A stretch of 64,000 nt of DNA from an uncultured delta proteobacterium (GCA_963727625.1 CAVSHR010000012.1:96001-160000); one strand, 5' to 3'; positions 20,440-30,644 are shown, counted from the stretch's first letter. Notes: a model not told the origin generated them from the sequence alone. Numbers and translations are program-made.

Positions 20440-21102
20440 TTAATAAAGATAAACGAACCCATAGAGAACCGGCCATAAACCCACTACGAATGTCCAGTAC
20501 ATGCCACAGGTTTGTAAACCGACGTAATTTTGTCGCGTGTAATTTCCGGTTCTGGCTTTCTGCCAAACGACAACCAACCAAATTAACGCGCCGAAAACAT
20601 GCAACCCGTGACAGCCGATAATCGTGTAAAACAAACCGCCGTAGACGCTGCTCGACACGGTCAAGCCAAAATGAATCAGGCGAAACCACTCGAATCCCTG
20701 AATCAATAAAAACATCGTGCCCGCTGCCGCCGTCCACGACAGCAAGCGCACTAGGCGCGCGCGATCGCCACGTTGATTCGCTCTCAATCCTAGCCTGATC
20801 GTTACGGCGCTCGCGAGTAAAATCAGCGTATTGATTCCCGTTACCCCCGCCGGCAGTCGCGGCTGAAACGGCGGCGGCCAAATCGGACTGGCAATGCGAA
20901 AAACCAGAAATGCGCCGATCAGACCTGCGAAAAACATCGCCTCGGCGCCGAGAAACATGAGCACCGCGAGCCACGCGTTACTCGCGATCGGTATATTGGG
21001 CCAAACCGGCGGCGGCGGCTCGCCACCGCCGAAACCCGGGCGCCGAGCTACGGTCAGCGTGGGCGTGTCATCCAAGTTGCGCGCAGTGGAACTTTTCGCC
21101 AT
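20440..21102 (-). CDS. Second heme-copper oxidase subunit III family protein
   Basis: FLGAEAMFFAGL, NTLILLAS, HGLHV, MYWTFV. Confidence 0.87.
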   Translation of the reverse strand: MAKSSTARNLDDTPTLTVARRPGFGGGEPPPPVWPNIPIASNAWLAVLMFLGAEAMFFAGLIGAFLVFRIASPIWPPPFQPRLPAGVTGINTLILLASAVTIRLGLRANQRGDRARLVRLLSWTAAAGTMFLLIQGFEWFRLIHFGLTVSSSVYGGLFYTIIGCHGLHVFGALIWLVVVWQKARTGNYTRQNYVGLQTCGMYWTFVVGLWPVLYGFVYLY

Positions 21103-21119
21103 GGCCGATCAACCAATGC

Positions 21120-21245
21120 TCAATACATTATAATAAACGCGATCACCGCCGCCACATACAGCAGCGCCAGCAATGCCAGCCCAAGACCGAGGCGCCGATT
21201 ACGAGACTCGGCTCCGTTCGGAGGTTCCATGATCCACTGATTCAT
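21120..21245 (-). CDS. Small single-TM protein (about 41 aa)
   Basis: MNQWIMEPPNGAESRNRRLGLGLALLALLYVAAVIAFIIMY. ATGA overlap with the ctaB stop; fills the operon gap. Confidence 0.55.
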   Translation of the reverse strand: MNQWIMEPPNGAESRNRRLGLGLALLALLYVAAVIAFIIMY

Positions 21246-22147
21246 AGCGGCACGCGGTCCAAGGCCATCACCAGCAGCAAGACCGGAAGATAAATCAGCG
21301 ACGTGAATAACAACCGGCGCGCACCGGCCCGCGATGGCGCCATTACCAGGCCGATACCGCTGGCGAGAAAACCCGCGCCCAAAAGAAATGCGGCAAAGAA
21401 ATAAATCGCGCCGGCTAGCCCAATGAGCGTGGGCAGAAGGCTGACAACCAGCAGCGCTGAACAATGGACGAGAATCTGCCGGTTCGTGCTGTCACCGTCC
21501 GGCTCGATCACCGGGAGAAACTGGATTCCCGCCTTGGCAAAGTCTTCACGGTAGAGAAAAGCGATCGCTAGGGTATGGGGGATTTGCCATAAAAACATGA
21601 TCGCGAAGAGCACCCAGGCATCCACCGACAACTCACCGCGCGCGGCGACCCAGCCGATCACCGGCGGCAACGCCCCGGGCACGGCACCGACCGGCACGCA
21701 GAGCGAGCTCATGCGCTTCATCGGCGTATAAGCCCAAAGATAACTAACCGTGATCGACGCCGCGACGACTGCGCTCAGCAAATTGACTGAAAGAACCAAA
21801 TAGCTGAGCCCCGAAAGTGTCAATGCGATACCAAACCACAGCGCGTCGTTGGGATGGACCCGGCCGTCGGGCAAGGGGCGCCGGCAAGTGCGCGCCATGC
21901 GCGCGTCGGTCTCGCGTTCGAGAAACTGGTTTAGGGTCAGGGTTCCGCCCGCGGCAAGGGCCGTCCCGAGGAGCATTTGCAGCAAATGCGAATAATCGGG
22001 AACGCTGCCCGAACCGGCGTAGTAGCCGACGAAGGCCGTCACCAGCACCATCAGGACGATGCGGGGTTTGGTCAGCTCGTAGAAATCGGCGACTCGGCGG
22101 CTGGCGCTCGCTGTCGCAATATTGAAGGCCTCCATGCTCGAGCTCAT
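21242..22147 (-). CDS. ctaB: Heme o synthase (protoheme IX farnesyltransferase)
   Basis: ELTKPRI, NQFLERETDARMART..RPLP, YTPMKR, WQIPH. Confidence 0.95.
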   Translation of the reverse strand: MSSSMEAFNIATASASRRVADFYELTKPRIVLMVLVTAFVGYYAGSGSVPDYSHLLQMLLGTALAAGGTLTLNQFLERETDARMARTCRRPLPDGRVHPNDALWFGIALTLSGLSYLVLSVNLLSAVVAASITVSYLWAYTPMKRMSSLCVPVGAVPGALPPVIGWVAARGELSVDAWVLFAIMFLWQIPHTLAIAFLYREDFAKAGIQFLPVIEPDGDSTNRQILVHCSALLVVSLLPTLIGLAGAIYFFAAFLLGAGFLASGIGLVMAPSRAGARRLLFTSLIYLPVLLLVMALDRVPL

Positions 22148-23115
22148 ACGGAAAATTGCTCCGTCAATACTTCACGGCCCGGGCGGCGATCCATCGCCGG
22201 CAGGGACAAACGATAAGCCCCGAGCGTCAGCACCACGGCAGTTGCGAGCATCAACGCACCCACGGCCAGATGAGTCGTCGTCAGGACAACGACCCAGCCG
22301 CTGGAAAGCCGCAATAGAGTAGTGAACTTGCCGACATAGGATAAGCCACCCAGCACCAGTTGCACGAGCAAAAGCGCAAACAACAGCAGCGCCGGCCGGC
22401 TCAAGCGGGCGGTGGCGGCATGGTGCTTGGCAACACGCACGACGATCAAGATAACATGGAGCGCCACCAGAGCGGCAAAAACCAGATGGGCATCCACCCG
22501 CTCTCCGGTGTGGCGCAGGACGGCGCCGAAAACGATCTGCAAATAAATCAGTCCGGTCGTGGCCGCGCACAACCGGCGCAGCCGCCCGCCATCGCTAAGC
22601 GGCCGGTCGGCAGGTACGGCACGCCAATCGCCTGAGGTAAAAGTCGCCAAACAAATCGTCACGGCGAAAAAAAACTGCGCCGTGGCCGCGTGCACGATCG
22701 CGAGCACATGCTCGAGCAACACCACGCGCAAACCGCCGAGGACGCCTTGCAAAACCACCAGCGCCAAGGCGGCAAGCGCCAGCCGACGCAGCCAGTTGCG
22801 CGGTTCGCGTAGCCAAAAAGTTAGGGCCAAGCCGATGGTCAACAGGCCGACGAAGGAAGCGACCAAGCGGTGGCTATGCTCGTAAAAGATATTGCCGACC
22901 ATTTTTGACCATGGGTAGAGAAACATGTTGTAGCCGAAGGTGGTCGGCCAGTCGGGCACGGCAAGCCCCGCGCCTTTGCTGGTGACGAGCCCGCCGATGA
23001 AGAGCAACGGGAAGGTCGCGCAAGCGAGCAGCACCGCGATGCGGTGCGGCCATAACGAAAAAGTTGAAGCATGAGCGGCGGACGCGCCCCCCATTCCCCT
23101 GCTCTCCGCGTTCAT
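22144..23115 (-). CDS. ctaA: Heme A synthase (COX15/CtaA)
   Basis: GGLVTSKGAGLAVPDWP, EHSHRL, QGVLGG, conserved His residues in TM segments. Confidence 0.9.
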   Translation of the reverse strand: MNAESRGMGGASAAHASTFSLWPHRIAVLLACATFPLLFIGGLVTSKGAGLAVPDWPTTFGYNMFLYPWSKMVGNIFYEHSHRLVASFVGLLTIGLALTFWLREPRNWLRRLALAALALVVLQGVLGGLRVVLLEHVLAIVHAATAQFFFAVTICLATFTSGDWRAVPADRPLSDGGRLRRLCAATTGLIYLQIVFGAVLRHTGERVDAHLVFAALVALHVILIVVRVAKHHAATARLSRPALLLFALLLVQLVLGGLSYVGKFTTLLRLSSGWVVVLTTTHLAVGALMLATAVVLTLGAYRLSLPAMDRRPGREVLTEQFSV

Positions 23116-23130
23116 GATACCGTCTATCCT

Positions 23131-24891
23131 TTAATGCCCTCGAGCCACGGCAGCGTTGCCCAAGTTTTTGTCCTGCGGCAGCCAGTCTTCCTCGACTTCC
23201 GGGGAGCTATACTCGTAGGCGCCGCGGTAAACCACCGGCTGGACCTCGAAATTGCCGTGCGGCGGCGGCGTCGGCGCGGTCCATTCCAGCGTGTTCGCCT
23301 GCCAGGGATTTTTTTCAGCCTTCTTGCCCGCAAACAGGCTCCAAAAGAAGTTTACCAGGAAGAAGATTTGTGAAGCACCGAGGAGCAAGGCGCTGATCGT
23401 GATGAACACGTTCCAATGCTGCACCGGCAGTAAGAACTCGTACTGCGTCGGATTGTAAATGCGCCGCATATGGCCGGCGACACCGAGGAAATGCATGGGA
23501 AAAAACACGCCGTTGAAAAAAATGTAGGTCAAGACGAAATGAATCTTCGCCAGCCCTTCGTTCATCTGGTGCCCGAACATTTTAGGGAACCAGTAATAAA
23601 CCGCCGCGAACAAAGCGAAGACGATCCCGGCAACGACATAGTGGAAATGGGCCACGATGTAGTAGGTGTCGTGGATATAAATATCCACCGGCGTAGCGGC
23701 CATGAAAATGCCGCTCAGGCCGCCGATCAGAAAATTCGAGACAAATCCCAGAGCGAATAACATCGGCGAGGTCAACCGAATGTTGCCGCCCCAAAGCGTT
23801 CCAAGCCAGTTAAAAACTTTGATCGCGGACGGAACCGCGATCACCATCGTCGTCATCATGAACGCCGTACCGAGCAGCGGATTCATGCCGCTGACAAACA
23901 TATGATGGCCCCACACGAGCCAAGACAGAAAAGCGATGGCGATCATTGAGAATGCCATGGCGTGGTAACCGAAAATAGGTTTGCGCGAAAAAGTGGAAAG
24001 AATATCCGAGGTCACGCCCATGGCGGGCAAAACCAAAATATAGACCTCGGGATGGCCGAAAAACCAAAACATATGCTGCCAAAGCAAGGGCTGTCCGCCG
24101 CCTTCGGGCAGAAAAAAGCTGGTGCCCGCGAACCGGTCGAAAAGCAACATGGCCAGTGCGGCGGTTAGCACCGGCAACGCGAGGAGCAGCAAGATTGCGG
24201 TGATAAACAGCGACCAGATCGTCAGCGGCATGCGGAAATACGTCATGCCGGGCGCGCGCATGTTGACGATCGTCGTGATGTAATTGATCGACCCCATCAA
24301 GGACGAAACGCCTAGGATCAATAAACTAATGATCCAAAGATCCTGCCCCAAATCGACACCCGTGTACTGGGGCCGCGCCGAGAGCGGCGCGTAACTGGTC
24401 CAGCCGCCGGCGGCCGGCCCGCCGGGGACGAAGAAACTCGAAAGCATCACAAGGGTCGCAAGCGCAGCGACCCAAAAAGACAGCATGTTCAATTTCGGAA
24501 AGGCCATGTCTCTCGTGCCGATCATCAAGGGAATCAGAAAATTGCCGAAGCATCCGACCATGATCGGCATGACCACGAAAAATATCATGATCGTAGCATG
24601 CATGGTGAATAGCGCATTGTACGTCGGGGGCGGAATGATGCCGCCGCCGTGCTCGCCGGGATAAATGTAAGGCTCGGGAATAAAGCCCAGTCCGGGCACC
24701 GCCGTCTCCGGCCAGGCCAGCTCCCAGCGCACGAGCATGGCGAGCAAGCCGCCGACAATAATCATCAACAGCCCCATGAACAAAAATTGCCGGCCGATCA
24801 TCTTGTGATCGAGCGAAAAAATATAGGTTCGGACAAAACCCAGCTGTGGGTGTTGATCGTGCGGTGCGTGCGCCGCCGCTGTATCGCTCAT
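23131..24891 (-). CDS. ctaD: Cytochrome c oxidase subunit I (A1-type)
   Basis: DHKMIG, TMHAT, WFFGHPEVY, WGHHM, HDTYYIVAHFHY, MRR. Confidence 0.97.
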   Translation of the reverse strand: MSDTAAAHAPHDQHPQLGFVRTYIFSLDHKMIGRQFLFMGLLMIIVGGLLAMLVRWELAWPETAVPGLGFIPEPYIYPGEHGGGIIPPPTYNALFTMHATIMIFFVVMPIMVGCFGNFLIPLMIGTRDMAFPKLNMLSFWVAALATLVMLSSFFVPGGPAAGGWTSYAPLSARPQYTGVDLGQDLWIISLLILGVSSLMGSINYITTIVNMRAPGMTYFRMPLTIWSLFITAILLLLALPVLTAALAMLLFDRFAGTSFFLPEGGGQPLLWQHMFWFFGHPEVYILVLPAMGVTSDILSTFSRKPIFGYHAMAFSMIAIAFLSWLVWGHHMFVSGMNPLLGTAFMMTTMVIAVPSAIKVFNWLGTLWGGNIRLTSPMLFALGFVSNFLIGGLSGIFMAATPVDIYIHDTYYIVAHFHYVVAGIVFALFAAVYYWFPKMFGHQMNEGLAKIHFVLTYIFFNGVFFPMHFLGVAGHMRRIYNPTQYEFLLPVQHWNVFITISALLLGASQIFFLVNFFWSLFAGKKAEKNPWQANTLEWTAPTPPPHGNFEVQPVVYRGAYEYSSPEVEEDWLPQDKNLGNAAVARGH

Positions 24892-24944
24892 CTCTCAAAA
24901 TCCTCCGTATTGCCTTCGGATATAGTTGCAGGGGTTGGGATAAT

Positions 24945-25610
24945 TTATTGCGCCTTCGCAGCCAGGTTCTCGTCGGCCCATTTCTTATAATCTTCGGGTG
25001 TATGGACGTAGAGCCAACCTTTCATGCCGGAATGGCCGAAGCCGCAAAGCTCGGCGCAGGGAACCTCGTATTTCCCAGTCTTGGTTCCTTCGAACCAGGC
25101 GACGATTTGACGTCCCGGAACCGCATCTTGTTTGAAGCGCATGTTCGGGATGAAGAAACTGTGGATGACATCTTTCGAGGTAATAAACAGGCGGATGGGT
25201 TTATGGACCGGAACATGAAGATCGTTGTCGAATTTTATGTCGTCATCGCTGCCGAGCTTTCCGTCCGGGCCAGGGTAGCTGATTTCCCAGTTGAATTGTT
25301 TGGCCGCGACGCCGATTTCAAAATCCGTGTCCGGCACATGGCGCTTCACCTTGGCCCAAGTCGACGCGCTCATGAACGCGAGTACCACCAGGATCGCCGC
25401 CGGAATAATCGTCCAGATGATCTCAAGTGTGGTGTTGCCGTGACTATAGATTGCGCGTCGCCCCGGCTGCTCGCGGTACTTGATCAAAAAAATCACCATG
25501 AGGACAGTGACGAGAATAAAGGTTGCCCCCGTGATGTAATAGATCAGGTAAAATAACGAATCGATTTCTTGACCAAACGTCGACACGTCTTCGGGCAACC
25601 AAGTGAGCAT
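24945..25610 (-). CDS. ctaC: Cytochrome c oxidase subunit II (CuA)
   Basis: LEIIWT, DVIHSF, CAELCGFGHSGM. Confidence 0.96.
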   Translation of the reverse strand: MLTWLPEDVSTFGQEIDSLFYLIYYITGATFILVTVLMVIFLIKYREQPGRRAIYSHGNTTLEIIWTIIPAAILVVLAFMSASTWAKVKRHVPDTDFEIGVAAKQFNWEISYPGPDGKLGSDDDIKFDNDLHVPVHKPIRLFITSKDVIHSFFIPNMRFKQDAVPGRQIVAWFEGTKTGKYEVPCAELCGFGHSGMKGWLYVHTPEDYKKWADENLAAKAQ

Positions 25611-25766
25611 CTAACGATCCATCCTTGTGTAATTTTGGAAGTGGAAGAAAAAACTTAGCCCTACCTAACATAGCTACCAGGTCAATACAAGGGAGATGGC
25701 TTTGAATTGCAAAGGATTTCTCTCAGTGCTACGAAAAGCAATGCTGACCGCAGGCAAAAAACTTTC

Positions 25767-26261
25767 GTGACGTGGTATTTCTTAAGCCTAACGGTTCATT
25801 TGATCGCGCTGGCGCTCTGGCTCGGCGGGATCGTGTTCTTTTTGGTTGTCTTGGGCCCCGCAGTACAAGAGCTGGAGCCGCGCAATGCCGTCAGAACGCT
25901 CAATCAAGGAAGAATCGGCTTGGAGTCGCTTTCGTGGATCGCCATCGGGCTGCTGCTGGCAACGGGAATTTTTAACCTGATGGTGCGCCTTCCGGTCGCA
26001 GGCGCATCGCTTAGTAAATCCTACGGCTTCATTCTGGGTATCAAGCTGTTTATTTTCGGCGCCATGGTCGTGCATCACTGCCTGCAAGTTTTCAAATACG
26101 CGCCCGCCATCGCCAGTTTGACCGCCGAGCTGCCACAGAATCTTTCGGCTTGGCCCGAGCCATTGTTGTCGCACTGGCGCCGATGGTTCCTTTTGCTCAA
26201 AATCAATGCCGCGCTCGGACCGATCGCCGTGCTGCTCGGCCTCGCCCTGATCAAAAATTAG
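25767..26261 (+). CDS. CopD/DUF4149-like membrane protein
   Basis: HLIALALWLGG, LLLATG, four TM segments; divergent from the cox operon; start uncertain. Confidence 0.65.
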   Translation: MTWYFLSLTVHLIALALWLGGIVFFLVVLGPAVQELEPRNAVRTLNQGRIGLESLSWIAIGLLLATGIFNLMVRLPVAGASLSKSYGFILGIKLFIFGAMVVHHCLQVFKYAPAIASLTAELPQNLSAWPEPLLSHWRRWFLLLKINAALGPIAVLLGLALIKN

Positions 26262-26482
26262 AGAACGATGCGCGAAGGTCGGCGCGAATTTTTTACTCCC
26301 GTGCCAAGCATAGACCGACACACCACGCGGCGACGTTGACGCAAAAGTGCGGCAATGGCCCCATTCGCGCTCACCGCCGGGTTTCCTCAAACTTGATTCA
26401 ACTTGGGTTCGGCAGTATAGGGGTAAGCGATGATCGTGGTTAACTGAAAGATCGGGTTCGCTATCGCGAAAAGGAGTTTTAC

Positions 26483-27469
26483 ATGAAATTAAATCGTTGG
26501 GTTCGGTATTTCACAGCTGCCTTGCTGCTTTTTTACGCTGGGCCGGCTTCCGCCGCGAATATCAACATCGTGTGGACCAGCGAGGTTGGCCAATTCGCGC
26601 CCTTGTGGGTTACCAAGGAAGCCAAGCTGTTTGAAAAATACGGCAACAATGGCCAGCTTATTTTTATTCAGGGCGCGAGCTCGGCGGCGGCGGCTTTGAT
26701 TTCCGGCGACGCGCAGGTCGGCATGTTCTCGCCTCAAGTGGTGATCGAAACTTCTTTGAAGGGTCTGGATCTCACCATGTTCGGCCGTCTCGGCAACACC
26801 ATGGACAACCGCATCTACGGGCGTAGGGGAATCAAAAGTCTCAAAGAAGTAAAGACGATCGCGATCAGCCGCTTCGGCAGCAACGCCGATTTCGCGGCGC
26901 GTTTCCTGTTGCAACGCGAAGGCATCAAACCTGATGTCGACGTCGCCCTGCTTCAAGTCGGCAACCAGTCCAACCGCATCGCCGCCGTGGAAACCAACAA
27001 CGCCGACGCCGCGATGCTCACCCCGCCGATGACCCTAAAGGCGCGCAAGCTGGGCATGACCCTGCTGGTCGACGCTTCCAAGCTGGGCATTCCCTATTCC
27101 AGTCTGTTTTTCGTGGCGCGACGCTCTTACATAAACAAAAACCGCGCCGACTTGCTCAACCTCACCAAAGCCATGATCGAAGGTGTGCACCTTTATAAAA
27201 CCAACAAGGAGTTCGCCATGAAAGTCCTGGCAAAGTACATGAAAGTCCAGGATCGCGATGTGCTCGAAGAAAATTTTCGCGAGTATGACTTTCCCTTGAA
27301 GCCCTATCCGTCGAAGGAATACTACGCGTTGCCGATCCAGGCAGTCGGCAAAAAACATCCGGAGGTCCTCAAGGACGACCCCGATCGCTTCGTCGACATG
27401 TCGCTGGTCAAGGAACTCGACAGCAGCGGCTTTATCGACAAGCTCACCCGGGAATATAAACTAAAATAG
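26483..27469 (+). CDS. ABC substrate-binding protein (SsuA/THI5/NMT1-like)
   Basis: Signal peptide, LFEKYG, ISRFGSNADF, C-terminal ELDSSGFIDKL. Confidence 0.85.
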   Translation: MKLNRWVRYFTAALLLFYAGPASAANINIVWTSEVGQFAPLWVTKEAKLFEKYGNNGQLIFIQGASSAAAALISGDAQVGMFSPQVVIETSLKGLDLTMFGRLGNTMDNRIYGRRGIKSLKEVKTIAISRFGSNADFAARFLLQREGIKPDVDVALLQVGNQSNRIAAVETNNADAAMLTPPMTLKARKLGMTLLVDASKLGIPYSSLFFVARRSYINKNRADLLNLTKAMIEGVHLYKTNKEFAMKVLAKYMKVQDRDVLEENFREYDFPLKPYPSKEYYALPIQAVGKKHPEVLKDDPDRFVDMSLVKELDSSGFIDKLTREYKLK

Positions 27470-27491
27470 TTTAGCGACCAGCGGAGGGGTT

Positions 27492-28586
27492 ATGGCAAGC
27501 GCGCGCGGAGCGACTCTTTTGGGACCGGACAAACTGGAAATCCGCGAGTATCCGATGCCGGATATTCCGCCGGACGGCGGCCTGGTTAAAATTGAGATGG
27601 GCGGCGTCTGCGGCACGGACGTCAAGTATCTCCACGGCAAGCTCAAGGTCGACTATCCGATCATTCTCGGCCATGAAATTCTCGGCCGGGTCGATAAGCT
27701 CGGGCGCGACGCCGGGCGCATTCACAGAATCAAAGAAGGTGATCGCGTCATCCTGAAAGGGGCTCTCGGCTGCGGCCGCTGCGCCGACTGCCGGCGCGGC
27801 AACGCCCGCTTCTGCCGGCAGCGCACCAATTACGGTGGCCGAACCAAATGCGACAAGCCGCCGCACCTTTTCGGCGGCTTTGCCGACTATCTTTATTTGG
27901 CGCCCGATGTGCTCGCCACCAAAGTGAGCGACTCGCTCCCCGCCGAAGCAGCGGCGTTGATCGGCTCGGTGATGGCCAACGGCTTTCAATGGGCGATTCG
28001 CCGCGGCGGCGTAAAGATGGGCGACTACGTTTTGATCCAGGGCCCCGGCCAACAAGGCCTGTCTTGCACCTTCGCATCCAAACACGCCGGCGCGGCGAAG
28101 GTTTTCATCACCGGCATCGGGCGCGACAAGCCTCGCCTCGATCTCGCAAAAAACTTCGGCGCCACGCGCACCATCAACGTTGAAGAAGAAGACGTCGTCG
28201 AAGTGATCCGCAAAGAAACCAACGGCGAGATGTGCGACGTGGTCGTCGACGTCTCTGGAAACCCCAACGCGATTCTCAAATCGGTCGACTGCCTGCATCG
28301 CCAGTCGACCATGGTCCTCGGCGGCCTGACCGGCGACGCCACAGTCACGCCGATGCTCATGGATAAACTGGTGTGGAACGAGATCAAGCTCCAGGGCTGC
28401 TTCACCGCCGACAACGACGCGACCGAAGCCGCGCTGCGCATCATCGAAGAGACCAAGTTTCCGGTCGAGCAGATGGTCAGCCATGTCTTTCCGTTGAAGG
28501 ACATCGAGCACTGCATCCGCGCCATCGGCGGCGAAGTGCCGGGCGTGTTCCCGACCAAGGCGCTGATCAACCCCGCGATGGGCTAA
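27492..28586 (+). CDS. Zn-dependent alcohol dehydrogenase (MDR family)
   Basis: CGTD, GHE, CGRCADC...C structural Zn site, GPGQQG. Confidence 0.9.
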   Translation: MASARGATLLGPDKLEIREYPMPDIPPDGGLVKIEMGGVCGTDVKYLHGKLKVDYPIILGHEILGRVDKLGRDAGRIHRIKEGDRVILKGALGCGRCADCRRGNARFCRQRTNYGGRTKCDKPPHLFGGFADYLYLAPDVLATKVSDSLPAEAAALIGSVMANGFQWAIRRGGVKMGDYVLIQGPGQQGLSCTFASKHAGAAKVFITGIGRDKPRLDLAKNFGATRTINVEEEDVVEVIRKETNGEMCDVVVDVSGNPNAILKSVDCLHRQSTMVLGGLTGDATVTPMLMDKLVWNEIKLQGCFTADNDATEAALRIIEETKFPVEQMVSHVFPLKDIEHCIRAIGGEVPGVFPTKALINPAMG

Positions 28587-28592
28587 GAAGAC

Positions 28593-28669
28593 TGGAGGGA
28601 TGGAGTCTTGGAATAATGGAGTGATGTTCCGAATCGAAATCTCCGGCACTCCAACCCTCCAACGCCCCG
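28593..28669. repeat. Intergenic inverted element with 8-bp periodic arms (TGGAGTRA-like)
   Basis: TGGAGGGA TGGAGTCT TGGAATAA TGGAGTGA ... CTCCGGCA CTCCAACC CTCCAACG; a related left arm is at about 29483-29518. Confidence 0.7.
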
Positions 28670-28684
28670 ATTGATTGACCTGAC

Positions 28685-29479
28685 ATGATTGAAGGGTTGA
28701 AGGAGAAAGTCGTCATTGTCACCGGCGGGGCCCACGGCATCGGTAAAGCCTACTGCTTGGGCTTCGCCAAAGCGGGCGCGAAAGTTGTCATCGCGGACAT
28801 CGATGAACCCGCAGCGGAGCGTGCGGTCGGCGAAATTAGCGAGGCCATCGGTATCGGCGTAGGGGCGATTCATGAATCGCCCCTACATGCGCTGCAGGTC
28901 GATGTATCGAATGAAGAGGCGACCCAGCGAATGGCAGCGCGCACGCTCGAGCGCTTCGGCCGCCTCGATGTGCTGATTAACAACGCGGCGGTTTTTTCCG
29001 TCGTGCCGATGAACCGCGGCCGGATCGAGACCATCGACCCCGAGGAGTGGGACCGGCTGATGGCGGTCAATCTGCGCGGCCTATTTTTCTGCTGCCGAGC
29101 CGTGCTGCCGGCCATGCGCCGGCAGAAATCCGGCAAGATCATCACCATTGCGTCGGGCACGGTCTTCGCCGGCGCGCCCGGGAGGATTCACTACGTCACA
29201 TCGAAAGCGGCGACCATCGGTTTCACCCGCACGCTCGCCCGCGAGGCCGGCGACGACAACATCACCGTCAACTGTCTGGCGCCCGGCAACACGCTATCGG
29301 AAGAAAACCCGACCAAACAGATGATCAAGTTCCGCGAATCGTCAGTCGTCATGAGATCGCTCAAAAGAATCCAGCTGCCGCAAGATGTCGTCGGTGCCAT
29401 GTTGTTCCTCGCCTCGCCGCTGAGCGATTTCATCACCGGGCAGACCATCAACGTCGACGGCGGGATATCGTTCCTGTGA
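28685..29479 (+). CDS. Short-chain dehydrogenase/reductase (carries an in-frame REP)
   Basis: TGGAHGIG, NNAA, YVTSK, ITGQTINVDGG. Confidence 0.93.
   Translation: MIEGLKEKVVIVTGGAHGIGKAYCLGFAKAGAKVVIADIDEPAAERAVGEISEAIGIGVGAIHESPLHALQVDVSNEEATQRMAARTLERFGRLDVLINNAAVFSVVPMNRGRIETIDPEEWDRLMAVNLRGLFFCCRAVLPAMRRQKSGKIITIASGTVFAGAPGRIHYVTSKAATIGFTRTLAREAGDDNITVNCLAPGNTLSEENPTKQMIKFRESSVVMRSLKRIQLPQDVVGAMLFLASPLSDFITGQTINVDGGISFL
28859..28886. repeat. GTAG-family REP palindrome inside the SDR gene
   Basis: Perfect 28-bp palindrome GTAGGGGCGATTCATGAATCGCCCCTAC, translated as VGAIHESPL. Confidence 0.88.
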
Positions 29480-29549
29480 GGGTTGGAGTGATGGAGTAAC
29501 ACAGTGTTGGAGTAACGGGAAGAACACTTCGCGCTCCCTAATCCGATTC

Positions 29550-29576
29550 GTTTTGAACGACTTGAACGCTTTGAAC
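29550..29576. repeat. Solo right arm of the 9-bp periodic TTGAAC family
   Basis: GTTTTGAAC GACTTGAAC GCTTTGAAC immediately before the RBS of the amidohydrolase gene. Confidence 0.7.
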
Positions 29577-29587
29577 GGAGAAAAATT

Positions 29588-30628
29588 ATGAACTTGAACT
29601 ATCCGATCATCGATGCCGACGGCCACGTGTTGGAAAAAGACCGCGAGCTGCACGATTATTTGGGCGGCAGATATTCGAGCGCGCCTCGTTTCGAAACCTA
29701 CGCCTACTTTCCTTCGCTCGACGGCTGGAACCGCGGCACGGGAGTTCCCGGAAAAGATCCGGAGACGCCGGCGCCACGCTGGCTCGATTTTCTCGACGAG
29801 CTCGGCGTGCACACCACAGTGCTCTATCCCACCGGCGGGCTCGGGCTCGGCCTGGTGCAAAATCCGGAATGGGCGTGCGTGCTCGCGCGCGCCTATAACT
29901 CGTGGATCGCCGATCGCTTCGTGAAACAAAATCCGCGCCTTCAGGCTGTCGCACTGTTGCCGGTGCACGAACCGCTGGAGGCAGCCAAAGAACTTGAGCG
30001 GGCAAAATCGCTCGGACTGGTCGCTGGTTTGTTGCCCGCGGTGACTTGGTTAAATAAAGGTTACGGGCACGCCGACTTCGATCCGATTTACCAGACAGCG
30101 GAGCGCCTTGATATGGCGCTGACCGTGCACGGTGCGCCGAGCCGCGGCATGGGCTTCGATTTTTTCAGCAGGTTTCTCCATGTCCATACTCTCGAACATC
30201 CTTTCGCGATCTTGATTCAGTTTACTCATATGGTATTTGAAGGCGTCTTCGTGCGTTTTCCCAAGTTGCGCGTGGCGTTTCTCGAAGCCGGTTCCGGTTG
30301 GCTACCCTACATGATGGATCGGATGGACGAGGAAATGGAAAAACCGTACCGCGTCCAAGCACCGCTGCTCAAGCAAAAGCCCAGCGAGCTGATCCGCAAC
30401 GGCCAGATCTGGGCTACCTGCGAAGTGGAAGAAAAGGCCCTGCCCCATGTGCTCAAGCAATTTAATCCAAAATGTCTCATGTGGCCGTCGGACTATCCGC
30501 ACGAGCGCCTCCCCGACATATTCAAGCGTGACATTCCCGAATTTCTCGAACGCGATGACATCGATGACGGAGCTAAAAAGGCCATCTTGCACGACAACCC
30601 GATCGATTTTTACCGGCTGAAGATCTGA
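29588..30628 (+). CDS. Amidohydrolase_2 family metalloenzyme
   Basis: IIDADGH, ARAYN, LTVHG, FLEAGSGW, SDYPH. Confidence 0.9.
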   Translation: MNLNYPIIDADGHVLEKDRELHDYLGGRYSSAPRFETYAYFPSLDGWNRGTGVPGKDPETPAPRWLDFLDELGVHTTVLYPTGGLGLGLVQNPEWACVLARAYNSWIADRFVKQNPRLQAVALLPVHEPLEAAKELERAKSLGLVAGLLPAVTWLNKGYGHADFDPIYQTAERLDMALTVHGAPSRGMGFDFFSRFLHVHTLEHPFAILIQFTHMVFEGVFVRFPKLRVAFLEAGSGWLPYMMDRMDEEMEKPYRVQAPLLKQKPSELIRNGQIWATCEVEEKALPHVLKQFNPKCLMWPSDYPHERLPDIFKRDIPEFLERDDIDDGAKKAILHDNPIDFYRLKI

Positions 30629-30644
30629 GGACGCAAGAGGAATC

